Source: Acidimicrobiales bacterium (lineage in GTDB: Bacteria; Actinomycetota; Acidimicrobiia; Acidimicrobiales; UBA8190). From it: a stretch of 64,000 nt of DNA. The position numbers were made by a program, and so were the translations under genes. The DNA is taken from the NCBI GenBank assembly GCA_035532735.1, contig DATKQM010000013.1, positions 34,670 to 98,669 on the forward strand, in the 5' to 3' direction. Positions 18,141-28,428 of this stretch are shown in pieces. Numbering within the stretch: position 1 is the stretch's first letter; each line of letters opens with the position of its first letter. Under the pieces are notes generated by a model. That model was not told the DNA's origin. It saw nothing but the letters and a program-made list of their open reading frames with translations, and made no database searches.

Positions 18141-19467
18141 GCCCCGGGGCGCGGCGGGAGCCGGCGCCGCTTCGGGGGCCGAGGAGACTTTCTCCAACGC
18201 TCAATGGTTCGAACGGGCCCGGAAGGTGATCCCCGGCGGTGTGGACTCGCCGGTGCGTTCCTTTGCCGCTGTGGGGGGGACCCCGTACACGGTGGAGCGC
18301 GGGGAAGGGCCCTATGTCTGGGACGTCGAGGGCCGTCGCTACATCGACATGGTCCAGTCCTACGGTGCGGTGCTCCTCGGGCATGCCCACCCGGTGGTCA
18401 CCGCGGCCGTGACTCGCGCCGCGGCACGCGGCACGACCTTCGGTGCCCCCACGCCGGGGGAGGTGCTCCTGGCCGAAGCCATCTGCGATCGGGTGGACGG
18501 TTGCGAACAGGTCAGGCTGGTGTCATCGGGCACCGAAGCGGCCATGAGCGCCATCCGCCTGGCCCGGGGGTTCACCGGTCGCGATCGGGTGGTCAAGTTC
18601 GACGGCTGCTACCACGGGCATTCCGACATGCTCCTGGCCGGCGGGGGAAGTGGCGTGGCCGCGCTCGGCCTTCCCGGGTCCGCCGGAGTCCCCTCCTCAG
18701 CGGTGGCCGACACCATCGTCGTGCCCTACAACGTCGCCCCCGAGCTCGATGAGCGCGTGGCCTGCGTCATCGTGGAGCCGGTGGCGGCCAACATGGGCGT
18801 CGTCGCGCCGGCGCCGGGATTTCTCGAGGGACTGCGTCAGGCCTGTAGCGCCGTCGGCGCCCTCCTCGTCTTCGACGAAGTCATCACCGGGTTCCGGGTG
18901 GGCCCCGGGGGGATGTCGGCGCGCACCGGGGTGGTGCCGGACCTTTGGTGCTTCGGCAAGGTGATCGGCGGCGGCCTTCCGGTTGGCGCCTTCGGGGGTC
19001 GGCGCGACGTCCTGGCCGAGCTGGCGCCCGACGGGCCCGTCTACCAGGCCGGCACCTTGTCGGGGAACCCACTCGCCACCGCAGCAGGGCTGGCGGTGCT
19101 CGAGACAGTCCACGCCGGGGACTACGACCTCTTGTGCGGGCGCGCCGCCTACCTGGGCTCGGGTCTCAAGGCTGCCATCGCAGGGGCGGGGATCGCTGTC
19201 CAGGTCCCCGTGGTGGGCCCCCTGGTGGGCCTGTTCTTCGGGGCCGAGCCCGTCACCGACTACGCGTCGGCGCGTGCGACCGTGGCGGGCGGGGTCTACG
19301 GGCCGTTCTTCTCGGCCATGCTCGAGCGCGGGGTCGCCCTGGCGCCGGGCCCCTACGAGGCCATGTTTCCCGGTCTCGCCCATCTCGAGGTCCATCTCGA
19401 CGCTGTGATCGAAGCGGCTGCTGAGGTGGCGAGTCAGATCACTGGCAACCACTTCTCGGTCGCCTGA
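18133..19467 (+). CDS. hemL: Glutamate-1-semialdehyde 2,1-aminomutase
   Basis: 444 aa. Contains FERARKVIPGGVDSPVRSF, VSSGTEAAMSAIRLARG, FDEVITGFRV and GKVIGGGLPVGAFGG. Confidence 0.95.
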   Translation: MTEPRGAAGAGAASGAEETFSNAQWFERARKVIPGGVDSPVRSFAAVGGTPYTVERGEGPYVWDVEGRRYIDMVQSYGAVLLGHAHPVVTAAVTRAAARGTTFGAPTPGEVLLAEAICDRVDGCEQVRLVSSGTEAAMSAIRLARGFTGRDRVVKFDGCYHGHSDMLLAGGGSGVAALGLPGSAGVPSSAVADTIVVPYNVAPELDERVACVIVEPVAANMGVVAPAPGFLEGLRQACSAVGALLVFDEVITGFRVGPGGMSARTGVVPDLWCFGKVIGGGLPVGAFGGRRDVLAELAPDGPVYQAGTLSGNPLATAAGLAVLETVHAGDYDLLCGRAAYLGSGLKAAIAGAGIAVQVPVVGPLVGLFFGAEPVTDYASARATVAGGVYGPFFSAMLERGVALAPGPYEAMFPGLAHLEVHLDAVIEAAAEVASQITGNHFSVA

Positions 19468-19556
19468 CCTCCGACGGCCGGGGCAGCGCGAGATCCCTGA
19501 TCACGGCGCTTGTGGCGCGCCCCCTGTCACGAGGCCGGACCGTCAGGTCGTTTACC

Positions 19557-21269
19557 ATGCGACAGATGGATGGGCTCCAGGCGCTACCGGCCGAGCCCGG
19601 CACCACACCCAGGGGGGCACGGACCACAACCGAGCGGACCACTTCGCCGATCTCGCCGCCTGAGGCCACCGCGCCCGGAGGTCCAGCGGGGGTCGAAGCT
19701 CGGGGCGATGCCACCGATCTCGAAGGTCGGCCGCTCTCGCCGGCGATGACGCGGCTGTTGCTCGTGGGGGCCGTGGTCGTCGTGGCCTTCGGCATCGCCC
19801 TTCGCTTCGTGGCCAGCTCCGATATGTGGCTCGACGAGGCGCTGACCTACAACATCTCCCGTCTCCCTCTGGGGCAGATCCACGGCGCCCTGCGCCGGGA
19901 CGGGGCGCCACCGCTCTACTACTACCTGCTTCATTTCTGGAGCGGCGCCTTCGGTTCCTCGAACGGGGCCGTGCGAGCCCTGTCGGGAGTGCTCAGCTGC
20001 GCCACGCTCCCGTTCATCTGGCTGGCCGGGCGTCGACTGGGCGGCAGGACAGTAGCGGCGGGAGCGCTCGTCCTCGTCGCGACATCGCCCTTCGCCGTGC
20101 GCTACGCGACCGAGAACCGCATGTATGCGCTGGTCGGGTTCCTCACAGCGGCAGGGCTCGTGGCCCTGCAACACGTCTTCCGCCGCCGCACCGTCTCCAA
20201 CCTGGTGGCGGTGGGGCTGCTCACCGGACTGCTCCTCTACACCCACTACTGGGCGCTCTACCTGGTGGGAGTGACGGCCCTGTGGTTGGCCTTCCAGGCG
20301 TGGCGGGGCCCCGACGCCCGCCGCCCCGGAGCGCGCGCCTCGCTCGTGGCGGTGCTCGTGGGGTGTGTCACTTTCGTCCCCTGGGTGCCGACCTTCCTTT
20401 ATCAGGCGCATCACACCGGGACCCCGTGGGCCAAGCCCGCCGACTTCGCCGCCATGGTCAACGCCGTGACCTCGTTCGCCGGGGGGGCCACCAACCAAGG
20501 GCGCGCCCTCGCCCTCGTCTACTTCGCGTTGGTCGGGCTGGGGGTTTTCGGGGTCGCCCGGGGCTCGTTCCACGTCGACCTCGACCTGCGCACCCGGCCT
20601 CGGGGCCGGGGGCTGGCGCTCGTGCTCACCGGCACCTTGGCCGCGGCGGTGGTCGGGGGCTACGCCAGTCGCAGTGCCTTCCAGGCGCGTTACGCCTCGG
20701 TGGTCTTCGTCCCCCTTGTGCTCCTGGTGGCGCTCGGCCTCGTGACCTTCGCGGATGGCCGTATCAGGGCTGCTGTCCTGGCCGCCACGGTCGTGTTCGG
20801 CCTGGCCAGCGGCCTTCCGAGCGCCTGGACGAGCCGAACCCAGGCGGGTGAGGTGGCGACGGCGCTCGCTCAGCTGGGTCGTCCCGGTGACGTCGTGGCG
20901 TACTGCCCGGACCAGATCGGCCCATCGGTGAACCGCCTGTTGCCCCCCGGTCGGTACAGCCAGATCACCTTCCCGCGCGGCACCAGCCCCGAGTTCGTGA
21001 ACTGGGTCGATTACGCCACCGCCTCGGCCCGGGGACATCCTTCGACCTTCGCCAACCGGCTCGAGCACATGAGTGCGCCCGCCCATCAGATCTGGCTCGT
21101 GTGGGCGCCTGGCTACCAGACCTTCGGGACGAAGTGCGAACAGCTCGAGGCCGCCCTCCTCGGCGACACCTCGCTCGGTGCCCACGAGATGTTCCCTTAC
21201 AAGCAGGTGTCGGACTCCTGGATCACCTACGAGAGCATGGAGTTGGTCCGTTTCGTCCACGTCGGCTGA
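19557..21269 (+). CDS. Polytopic membrane glycosyltransferase, GT-C fold (family 39 / ArnT-PMT-like)
   Basis: Multiple TM helices, with WLDEALTYN...PPLYYYLLHFW in the first loop region. Start is ambiguous: GTG 19512, ATG 19557 or ATG 19746. Confidence 0.7.
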   Translation: MRQMDGLQALPAEPGTTPRGARTTTERTTSPISPPEATAPGGPAGVEARGDATDLEGRPLSPAMTRLLLVGAVVVVAFGIALRFVASSDMWLDEALTYNISRLPLGQIHGALRRDGAPPLYYYLLHFWSGAFGSSNGAVRALSGVLSCATLPFIWLAGRRLGGRTVAAGALVLVATSPFAVRYATENRMYALVGFLTAAGLVALQHVFRRRTVSNLVAVGLLTGLLLYTHYWALYLVGVTALWLAFQAWRGPDARRPGARASLVAVLVGCVTFVPWVPTFLYQAHHTGTPWAKPADFAAMVNAVTSFAGGATNQGRALALVYFALVGLGVFGVARGSFHVDLDLRTRPRGRGLALVLTGTLAAAVVGGYASRSAFQARYASVVFVPLVLLVALGLVTFADGRIRAAVLAATVVFGLASGLPSAWTSRTQAGEVATALAQLGRPGDVVAYCPDQIGPSVNRLLPPGRYSQITFPRGTSPEFVNWVDYATASARGHPSTFANRLEHMSAPAHQIWLVWAPGYQTFGTKCEQLEAALLGDTSLGAHEMFPYKQVSDSWITYESMELVRFVHVG

Positions 21270-21732
21270 CCGTCGCCGTCCATTGGGCGCCGACCCCGCC
21301 CTCACCCGTCGACCCCCGCTGCGCGCGTCGACCCCGGGCGCGACAGCCAACCGGGAGACGCTCATGTTGCGAGCCCTTCGTGCCGACACAAGAGCAGAGA
21401 AAGCGGTTCCAAACAGCGCGCATGGTCGGTGGAGGTCAGCGTGGTTGTAGCTCGGTTGCGTCGGCTGTCGAACAAGCCGGCGATAGTGCCCACGGACGGG
21501 GCGACAGCGGGTCCCGGCGCGCCCCTCCGCTCCTACCCTCCGGTCGCACCCCCGGTGCCGCTCACCGACGCTCCTTTGTCTGCCGCTTCTCCCCCTCTCT
21601 GTCGGGCGCGGCTGGACTCGTCGCGTCTGGGATCGCATCACGGCTGGGGATAGCGCCCCAGCTCCGGACTGGGCCGGGCGTGGCTGGTCAGGACACCGGT
21701 CGCCGAACCCGCCGGGAACAGGGGTCGAACAG

Positions 21733-21768
21733 GTCGAGGAAGTCGAAGCAGTCGAGGAAGTCGAAGCA
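21733..21768 (+). repeat. 18-bp perfect tandem duplication GTCGAGGAAGTCGAAGCA x2 in a non-coding spacer
   Basis: Units at 21733-21750 and 21751-21768, read directly. Confidence 0.9.
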
Positions 21769-21809
21769 GAACTGGCGGGCTGAGAAGCCGGCTCAGAGGG
21801 GGGCATGCA

Positions 21810-23441
21810 ATGGGATCACTCGGGCTCGGGAACGGGAGCCTCCGAATGGACGATGTCTATTTGGAAGGCGCCACGCCCGACGGACCGGCCATGGTCGGTC
21901 ACCTTTCGGTGATCGTCGACACCGCGGGCATCACGTTCCTCGGCCCTGATCCGGGGGAGCGGCGGACCGTCGGTTGGGAGCGCACGTCCCCGTTGGAGTT
22001 CGGCGCTCCGGCCGCACTGCCCGACGGTGCCCAGGCCACGTCTCTGGAGTTCGTCGTGGACGGTCGCCCGCTGCGGCTCCTCGTGCCGTCGAAGAAAGGC
22101 CCCCATGGGGTCGACGAGGAGGTTGCGCCCGTCGCCGAGCCGCCTGTCGATGACGCTCCGACGGCGCCGGTGTCGACGATCCATATGGCCGAGCCGTTGA
22201 TCCCGGTTGTCCCCGAGCTGCCCGTCGATGTCGCGCTGCCCGTCGATGTCGCGCTGTCCGTCGATGACGCTGCGACGGCGCCGGTGTCGACGATCCATAT
22301 GGCCGAGCCGTTGATCCCGGTTGCCGAGGAGCCGGGTGCGCCGGTGCTCGCAGGAACGCCCACCGCTGTCTTGGCGGTGCCCCCCGCTCCGGTCCATCTC
22401 GTGCCCCCTGTCCCTGTCGCCGTCGTCGGCCCCGTCCCGAGCGAAACGTCGCCGCTCGCATACGTCGAGCCCTCGTCGCCGGTCGGTGTGATCCGGGACA
22501 CATTCGTCGGCGTCGAGACACAGACCAGGGACTACACGACAGACGACGATGCGGCCCCGTTGCGGCTTCCGGCGTGGTTCAAGCACGTCTCGCGCCAACC
22601 CAATCCGGCCCGGAAGCCGCCGCCCTCACGGAAGCAGAACCTGGTGAGGCTTGTGCTCTTCACGGTGCTCGCCGGGCTCATCCCGTTCGCAGCGGGCATT
22701 CGGTACTTCCAGATGAAGTCGACGTCGGGGCACATCGGCGGGGTAGGGCTGTCCGACAGTGCCATCGCGGGGCGCGTCGGGATCCAAGCCGGGGACCTTC
22801 CGGGTTGGAGCGCCAGCACTCCCAACCCGGGGAACGTCTTCGCGGCGGGCGCCACCTCGCACGGGTCGGCCGCGCTGAAAACCGCGGAGCAGGCCTCGAC
22901 GGTGTTGGCGGGCTGCCTTCACGTCCCGGTGTCTGCTGTCGACGGGGCCTTCGGTATGGGCGACGGCGTCGCACAGCTCTCCGCCGAGGCATTGTCGCCC
23001 TCCTACGCAGACCCCGCCGGCAACGGGGGCGCGGTGAGCTCGGTGGCAGATGTGGTCAAGAGCACGAAGGCCCAGGGTGCCGACGCCAGTGTCTTCCAGG
23101 AACCGGCGTTGTTCGCCACCTGCTACCAACCCTTCGTCCAGGCGATGCTGCCGTACTCCCCGGTGAACGGGGGTGCCGGTTTCGCCACCGCCACCGTGCA
23201 ACCTCTCGTGGTCCCCGTGCCCGAAGGCCCGAGCACCGAGACAGTGGCCGGGTTCCAGATCGCGCGCATCGCCAACGACAAGGGTCAGACCAAGACCGTG
23301 ATCTCTACGGCGACGGCGGTGTTCGACGGGCGAGTGCAGGTCACGATGGGAACGGTGAGCAATCTGGTGTTCTCCATCGATGCCCAGAACCAGCTCGTCC
23401 GGAACATCGAGATCAGGACGATCGGAGTCAGTCAGCTCTGA
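21810..23441 (+). CDS. Hypothetical single-pass membrane protein: about 100-aa N-terminal domain, Pro-rich repeat linker, TM helix, about 240-aa extracytoplasmic domain
   Basis: 543-aa ORF with good GC3 by eye. TM segment LVRLVLFTVLAGLIPFAAGIRYF. No family recognised. Confidence 0.6.
   Translation: MGSLGLGNGSLRMDDVYLEGATPDGPAMVGHLSVIVDTAGITFLGPDPGERRTVGWERTSPLEFGAPAALPDGAQATSLEFVVDGRPLRLLVPSKKGPHGVDEEVAPVAEPPVDDAPTAPVSTIHMAEPLIPVVPELPVDVALPVDVALSVDDAATAPVSTIHMAEPLIPVAEEPGAPVLAGTPTAVLAVPPAPVHLVPPVPVAVVGPVPSETSPLAYVEPSSPVGVIRDTFVGVETQTRDYTTDDDAAPLRLPAWFKHVSRQPNPARKPPPSRKQNLVRLVLFTVLAGLIPFAAGIRYFQMKSTSGHIGGVGLSDSAIAGRVGIQAGDLPGWSASTPNPGNVFAAGATSHGSAALKTAEQASTVLAGCLHVPVSAVDGAFGMGDGVAQLSAEALSPSYADPAGNGGAVSSVADVVKSTKAQGADASVFQEPALFATCYQPFVQAMLPYSPVNGGAGFATATVQPLVVPVPEGPSTETVAGFQIARIANDKGQTKTVISTATAVFDGRVQVTMGTVSNLVFSIDAQNQLVRNIEIRTIGVSQL
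22146..22323 (+). repeat. About 64-bp near-identical direct repeat (2 copies, 114-bp period) flanking an 18-bp x2 repeat, in frame
   Basis: Copies at 22146-22209 and 22260-22323 (one mismatch seen), encoding VDDA.TAPVSTIHMAEPLIPV. CCCGTCGATGTCGCGCTG x2 at 22221-22256. Confidence 0.85.
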
Positions 23442-23460
23442 CGCGGCCCGACGACCAAGC

Positions 23461-24813
23461 TCAACCCGGCGTGAGGCGTCCGATGGTGCACAGCGCCCGG
23501 TAGGCCGCTTCGGCCGGACCGATCTCCTCGGGGCGGACCAGGTTGGCCATGATGCGGAGCAGCCACTCCATGATGCTGCGCGAATGCATGCCGGTGCTGA
23601 CGCAGACCTTCATCAACTCGGGCCGGCTGATCAGGCGGACGAATTCGCGGGCCATGCGGTAGTAGAGGCCGTAGGCATCTTGGAGCTGCGACTCGTAGTC
23701 GACCAGCGCATGGACCCCTTCGCCCGAGAGGGCTCTGGCCACGCACGCGGCGGCCAGGCGCCCCGTCTCGTAGCCGTAGGCGATGCCCTCGCCGTTGAAA
23801 GGATTGATCGAGCCGGCCGCATCGCCGATGGTGAGCACGTTGGGACCGATCCGGGGTCGGACCGACAGGCCCATGGGGAGCTTCCCCCCCGTGGGCGCGG
23901 CGCACATTGATGTCTTGGAGAGTCCCCACGAGGCCGGCGCCCAGTCGATGAAGGCGTCCATGAGCTGGGTCGTGTTGGCACCCTTCCATCGTCCTTCGAT
24001 GGAGAGGATCCCCACCCCGGCGTTGACGCGCCCGTCGCCGAGGGGGAAGATCCAGCCGTAGCCGGGCACGACCGTTCCCGATGCGTCTCTGATGTCGAGG
24101 TGTGACTCGATGAAGGGCTCGTCGTGGCGCGGCGAGCGGAAGTAGCCCCGCAGCGCCATGCCGAGGGGATAGTTCCGATCCCTCGACGTGCCCAGAGCCC
24201 GTCCGAAGCGCGAGTTGGCCCCGTCGGCCACCACCGTGTAGCGGGCCCGGACCTCGTGCTGGCGCCCGGCGTCGCGATCGAGCACCTTGGCCCCCCCGCA
24301 ACTGGGAAGCACCTCGGCGCTCGTCCCCGCCCCGCCGACGTGACCGGCTGTGGCCGGATCGAGCACGGGACCGATGGCCTCGGCCCCCTCCCAGACCGTC
24401 GCCCCGGCCTTGGCGGCTCGCTCAGCCACCAGCTCGTCGAGGTCGTGACGGGTGATCACGTAGCCAACCGACGGGAACGAAGGGTGATCGGGCCAGGGCA
24501 TCTCGAGGCTCATCCCATACGCACAGGCCCGCAGGCCCTCGTAGCGGTGTGCTCCGGCCAGAGCGCCGGCGAGCCCCATGTCGTTGAGTTGGCGCACCGA
24601 CCGGGGTGTGAGCCCGTCGCCACAGGTCTTTTCGCGTGGGAAGTGCTTCTTCTCGACGACCACGACGTCCCAGCCGGCGTCGGCCAGCCAGTAGGCGCAG
24701 GCTGAGCCCGAGGGGCCGCCGCCGACGACGAGGACGTCGTGGACATGGGAGTCGTCGATCACCTCGGGGCGGCCTGGCGAGGTCGTCGAAGCGGAGGTTC
24801 CGGAGCGGTTCAC
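23461..24813 (-). CDS. FAD-dependent geranylgeranyl reductase family oxidoreductase (MenJ-like)
   Basis: 450 aa. Contains [47 protein letters not shown] and [19 protein letters not shown]. Divergent from nuoA, as in many actinobacteria. Confidence 0.88.
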   Translation of the reverse strand: MNRSGTSASTTSPGRPEVIDDSHVHDVLVVGGGPSGSACAYWLADAGWDVVVVEKKHFPREKTCGDGLTPRSVRQLNDMGLAGALAGAHRYEGLRACAYGMSLEMPWPDHPSFPSVGYVITRHDLDELVAERAAKAGATVWEGAEAIGPVLDPATAGHVGGAGTSAEVLPSCGGAKVLDRDAGRQHEVRARYTVVADGANSRFGRALGTSRDRNYPLGMALRGYFRSPRHDEPFIESHLDIRDASGTVVPGYGWIFPLGDGRVNAGVGILSIEGRWKGANTTQLMDAFIDWAPASWGLSKTSMCAAPTGGKLPMGLSVRPRIGPNVLTIGDAAGSINPFNGEGIAYGYETGRLAAACVARALSGEGVHALVDYESQLQDAYGLYYRMAREFVRLISRPELMKVCVSTGMHSRSIMEWLLRIMANLVRPEEIGPAEAAYRALCTIGRLTPG

Positions 24814-24937
24814 CGCATAGATCGTAGGGGGACGGGGGGTGCGTCGGCACCCCTGTCCGGCCCCGCCCCGGCGGCCGCCGGGGAGGGATTCTCAATGTGC
24901 TCGTGCGCAGGGTGCCGTGGTAGAACCGCATTCGGTC

Positions 24938-25396
24938 ATGAGCGACTACCTGCCGATCGTCGTGCTCTTCGTGCTGGGCGTGCTCTTCGCGGGCCTGTCC
25001 TTCCTTGCGTCGGGGCTTCTGGCTCCCCGGAAGCGACCGACCGCGGCCAAGCTCGCGCCCTACGAGTGTGGGATCGTCCCCGATCGCGAGCCTCCCCAGC
25101 GCTTCCCGGTGCGGTTCTACCTGGTGGCCATGATCTTCATCATCTTCGACATCGAGATCGTGTTCCTCTACCCCTGGGCCGTGGTCTTCCGCTCCGATCT
25201 GCACACCTTCGGGCTCATCGAGGTGTTGGTGTTCGCCGCCGCGGTGTTCTTCTCGTTCCTCTATCTCGTGAGCAACGGCGCGCTCAATTGGGGACCGGCC
25301 AAGCACCTGCGCCCCGCCATGCCCGAGCGCACCACCGAGTCGACCATCGCCCGTGTCGGGCCCGGTCAAGGACCGGACGCCGGACAGGCTGCGTAA
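24938..25396 (+). CDS. nuoA: NADH-quinone oxidoreductase subunit A
   Basis: Starts [22 protein letters not shown]...YECGI...[23 protein letters not shown]. The track start at 24839 is over-extended. Confidence 0.92.
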   Translation: MSDYLPIVVLFVLGVLFAGLSFLASGLLAPRKRPTAAKLAPYECGIVPDREPPQRFPVRFYLVAMIFIIFDIEIVFLYPWAVVFRSDLHTFGLIEVLVFAAAVFFSFLYLVSNGALNWGPAKHLRPAMPERTTESTIARVGPGQGPDAGQAA

Positions 25397-25413
25397 GCAG
25401 GGCCGCCGGCGTC

Positions 25414-25971
25414 ATGGGACTCGAGGACCTCCAGCACAACTTTCTGACCGGTCGGGTCGAGGACCTGGTGAAATGGGCTCGCCGGAACAGCGTCTGGCCC
25501 GTCACCTTCGGTTTGGCGTGCTGCGCCATCGAGATGATGTCGGTCGGGGCCGCGGACTTCGACATCAGCCGGTTCGGCATGGAGGTGTTCCGGGCTTCGC
25601 CGCGCCAAGCCGACCTCATGATCGTGGCCGGCAGGGTCTCGCAGAAGATGGCTCCGGTCCTCCGCCAGGTCTACGACCAGATGATGGAGCCCAAGTGGGT
25701 CATCTCCATGGGCGTGTGCGCGTCGACCGGCGGCATGTTCAACAACTACGCCATCGTCCAGGGTGTGGATCAGGTGGTCCCCGTGGACGTCTATGCACCG
25801 GGGTGCCCGCCGAGCCCCGAGATGCTCCTGCATGCCATCCTCACGCTGCACGAGAAGATCCGTACCGGCGAGATCACACGCCGGCGTGGCACCGCCGGGG
25901 CGCGCCCCGAGGAGCTTGCCGGTTGGGTGCCCGAGCGGCCCGATGCGGTCCGGCTGGGAACCCCCCGGTGA
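25414..25971 (+). CDS. nuoB: NADH-quinone oxidoreductase subunit B
   Basis: Contains [28 protein letters not shown] and [10 protein letters not shown]. Confidence 0.95.
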   Translation: MGLEDLQHNFLTGRVEDLVKWARRNSVWPVTFGLACCAIEMMSVGAADFDISRFGMEVFRASPRQADLMIVAGRVSQKMAPVLRQVYDQMMEPKWVISMGVCASTGGMFNNYAIVQGVDQVVPVDVYAPGCPPSPEMLLHAILTLHEKIRTGEITRRRGTAGARPEELAGWVPERPDAVRLGTPR

Positions 25972-26471
25972 CCGCAGAGACCGCACCCTTCGAACTGTCG
26001 ATCCCGGCCGTGCCCCGATCGACGTCGGAGGACGGCCACGACCTCCTCTTTCCCGACCGCGACCGGTACCACGACGTCGTCGCGAGGCACCGCGAGGCGG
26101 GTTTCGAGATGTTGGCCGGCCTCACCGCGGTGGACTACCTCGGCCATCCCGGGCGCCAGCTTCCCGAAGGGGTCAAGCCCGAGCGTTTCGAGTTGGTCGT
26201 CATGCTCTTGTCGTTGGCCCATGTCCGGCGGGTGCGGATCCGGGTCCAGGTTCCCGAGGAGGGCGCCGAGGTGGCGTCGCTGTGGGACCTCTACCGCGGT
26301 GCCGAGGCCATGGAGCGCGAGGCCTACGACATGTACGGCATCACCTTCACCGGGCACCCCGACCTGACCCGGATCCTCATGCCTGAGGACTGGGAGGGCC
26401 ACCCCCTGCGCAAGGACTTCGGCGTGGGCCGGGTGCCGGTGCAGTTCAAACACGCTCCAGGTCCCCGATGA
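25968..26471 (+). CDS. nuoC: NADH-quinone oxidoreductase subunit C
   Basis: GTG at 25968 overlaps the nuoB stop (GTGA). Contains [41 protein letters not shown]. Confidence 0.9.
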   Translation: MTAETAPFELSIPAVPRSTSEDGHDLLFPDRDRYHDVVARHREAGFEMLAGLTAVDYLGHPGRQLPEGVKPERFELVVMLLSLAHVRRVRIRVQVPEEGAEVASLWDLYRGAEAMEREAYDMYGITFTGHPDLTRILMPEDWEGHPLRKDFGVGRVPVQFKHAPGPR

Positions 26472-27808
26472 GCGGTCCCGACACCTCCTCGCCGTTCGTC
26501 GGCGAGACCTTCGAGGGCGCCCAGGAGCTCGGCTCGCGCCACGACACCGCACCCGACGAGCTCGAGCGGGAGGTGGGTTCGGTGCTCCGGCTCCCCGAGA
26601 GCCGTGGTGTCGACAGCGGTGACATCGACGTCGAACGCCCCGACGACGAGACGATGATCATCAACATGGGCCCCCAGCACCCGTCGACCCACGGGGTGCT
26701 GCGCCTCATGATGGAGCTCGACGGCGAAACGGTCCTGCGCACCAAGCCGATCATCGGGTACCTCCATACCGGCATGGAGAAGACCGCGGAGGAGCTCACC
26801 TACCAGCAGGGCTCCACCAATGTCACCCGTATGGACTACCTGTCGCCGCTCAACAACGAGCTGGTGTTCTCCCTCGCCACCGAGAAGCTGCTCGGCATCG
26901 AGCTCCCGCCGCGGGCCGTGTGGATCCGGATGCTTCTGTCCGAGCTCCAGAGGATGTCGTCACACCTCATGTGGCTGGCGACCAACGGCATGGACGTCGG
27001 GTCGACCACGATGATGATCTTCGGCTTCCGCGAGCGCGAGCTCGTCCTCGGCTTCTTCGAGAAGACCACCGGACTGCGGATGAACCACAACTTCATCCGC
27101 CCCGGGGGCACCGCTGCGGATCTCCCCGACGGGTGGGAGGACGACGTCGAGGTGATCCTCGACAACGTCACGTCGCGTCTGAGCGACTACGACGCCCTGC
27201 TCACCGGACAACCGATCTTCCACGAGCGGATGGAGGGCGTGGGAGCACTCAGTGCCGACGAAGCACTCGCCCTGTCGGCGACCGGCCCCATCCTGCGCTC
27301 GACCGGGGTGGCCTGGGACCTGCGTCGGACCATGCCCTACCTGGCGTACGACGACGTCGACTTCGACGTCATCATCGGCACCTACGGGGACAACTTCGAC
27401 CGCTACGCCATCCGGATCAACGAGATCCGCGAGTCGGTGCGGATCTTGTGGCAGGTGCTCGACAAGATGCCCCCCGGTGACTACCGGGTGCAGGACAAGA
27501 AGGTCACGCCGCCCCCGCGCGCCCGCATCGACGAGTCCATGGAAGCCCTCATCCACCATTTCAAGATCTTCACCGAGGGCTTCAAGGTCCCCGAGGGCGA
27601 AGTGTACGTGGCGATCGAGTCACCGCGCGGTGAGCTCGGCTGCTACCTCGTGTCCGACGGGTCTTCCAAACCGTTCCGGATGCACATCCGGGCGCCGTCG
27701 TTCGTGAACCTCCAGAGCCTCCCGGTCATGATGCACGGCGGGCTCGTAGCCGACGCCGTGGCCACCATCTCCTCGGTGGACCCGGTCATGGGTGAGGTGG
27801 ACCGGTGA
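26468..27808 (+). CDS. nuoD: NADH-quinone oxidoreductase subunit D
   Basis: 446 aa. Contains MIINMGPQHPSTHGVLRLMMELDGE and RIRAPSF-type C-terminus (HIRAPSFVNLQ). ATGA overlap with nuoC. Confidence 0.95.
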   Translation: MSGPDTSSPFVGETFEGAQELGSRHDTAPDELEREVGSVLRLPESRGVDSGDIDVERPDDETMIINMGPQHPSTHGVLRLMMELDGETVLRTKPIIGYLHTGMEKTAEELTYQQGSTNVTRMDYLSPLNNELVFSLATEKLLGIELPPRAVWIRMLLSELQRMSSHLMWLATNGMDVGSTTMMIFGFRERELVLGFFEKTTGLRMNHNFIRPGGTAADLPDGWEDDVEVILDNVTSRLSDYDALLTGQPIFHERMEGVGALSADEALALSATGPILRSTGVAWDLRRTMPYLAYDDVDFDVIIGTYGDNFDRYAIRINEIRESVRILWQVLDKMPPGDYRVQDKKVTPPPRARIDESMEALIHHFKIFTEGFKVPEGEVYVAIESPRGELGCYLVSDGSSKPFRMHIRAPSFVNLQSLPVMMHGGLVADAVATISSVDPVMGEVDR

Positions 27809-28428
27809 TGTCGACGGCAGGCTCGGTTCACCTCTCGGCGGACATCGTGACCCGGGCGCGCGAGCTCATCGACCTCTACCCGCATCCGCGCTCGGCGCTC
27901 ATCCCCATCTGCCACCTGGCCCAGGAGCAGGACGGCTGGCTGAGGCCAGAGGCCATCGACGAGATCGCCGCGCTGGTGGGGCTCACGCCGGCCGAGGTGC
28001 TCGGCACGGCCTCGTTCTACGAGATGCTCCACACCGAGCCCGTCGGGACCTACGTGATCGCGGTGTGCACGAACATCGCCTGCATGCTGCGGGGCGCCTA
28101 CGAGCTGCTCGATCACATCCAAGACAGCCTCGAGGTACGGGCCGGAGCCACGACGGCCGATGGGATGTTCACCCTCGAGGAGACCGAGTGCATCGCGGAC
28201 TGCGGTCGGGCTCCGTGTCTGGCGGTGAACCACCGGTTCGTTGGCGACGTGACCCCCGAATCGTTCGACGGGCTCGTCGACGGACTACGGAACGGGACGA
28301 TGGCCGACGACATCCCCCGACACGGCACCCTGGTGCGGGTCCGTCGTCAGGGTGGGCTGCGCGTCGATGACGCCACCATCAGGGCCGAGCGTGAGACGGC
28401 GTCGGCGAAGGCCACCGGAGGAGCCTGA
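27805..28428 (+). CDS. nuoE: NADH-quinone oxidoreductase subunit E
   Basis: 207 aa. Contains YPHPRSALIPICHLAQEQDGWL, VCTNIACMLRG and ETECIADCGRAP. Confidence 0.93.
   Translation: MMSTAGSVHLSADIVTRARELIDLYPHPRSALIPICHLAQEQDGWLRPEAIDEIAALVGLTPAEVLGTASFYEMLHTEPVGTYVIAVCTNIACMLRGAYELLDHIQDSLEVRAGATTADGMFTLEETECIADCGRAPCLAVNHRFVGDVTPESFDGLVDGLRNGTMADDIPRHGTLVRVRRQGGLRVDDATIRAERETASAKATGGA

Noticed and set aside
19584-21806. 740-aa minus-strand ORF
   Set aside because: It is antisense to the GT-C glycosyltransferase, with Arg/Pro/Gly-rich junk composition and no recognisable motif. A GC-rich shadow ORF.
21270-21809. Known ncRNA (6C RNA, riboswitch, RNase P, tmRNA, SRP) in the long spacer
   Set aside because: The C-rich hairpin GCACC-CCC-GGTGC vaguely recalls 6C RNA loops. 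However, I could not see the two-stem architecture or any riboswitch core motif, so this is unsupported without a covariance-model search.
24814-24937. Rex operator upstream of nuoA
   Set aside because: I looked for TTGTGAA-N4-TTCACAA-like palindromes by eye and found none. A matrix scan would be needed to be sure.
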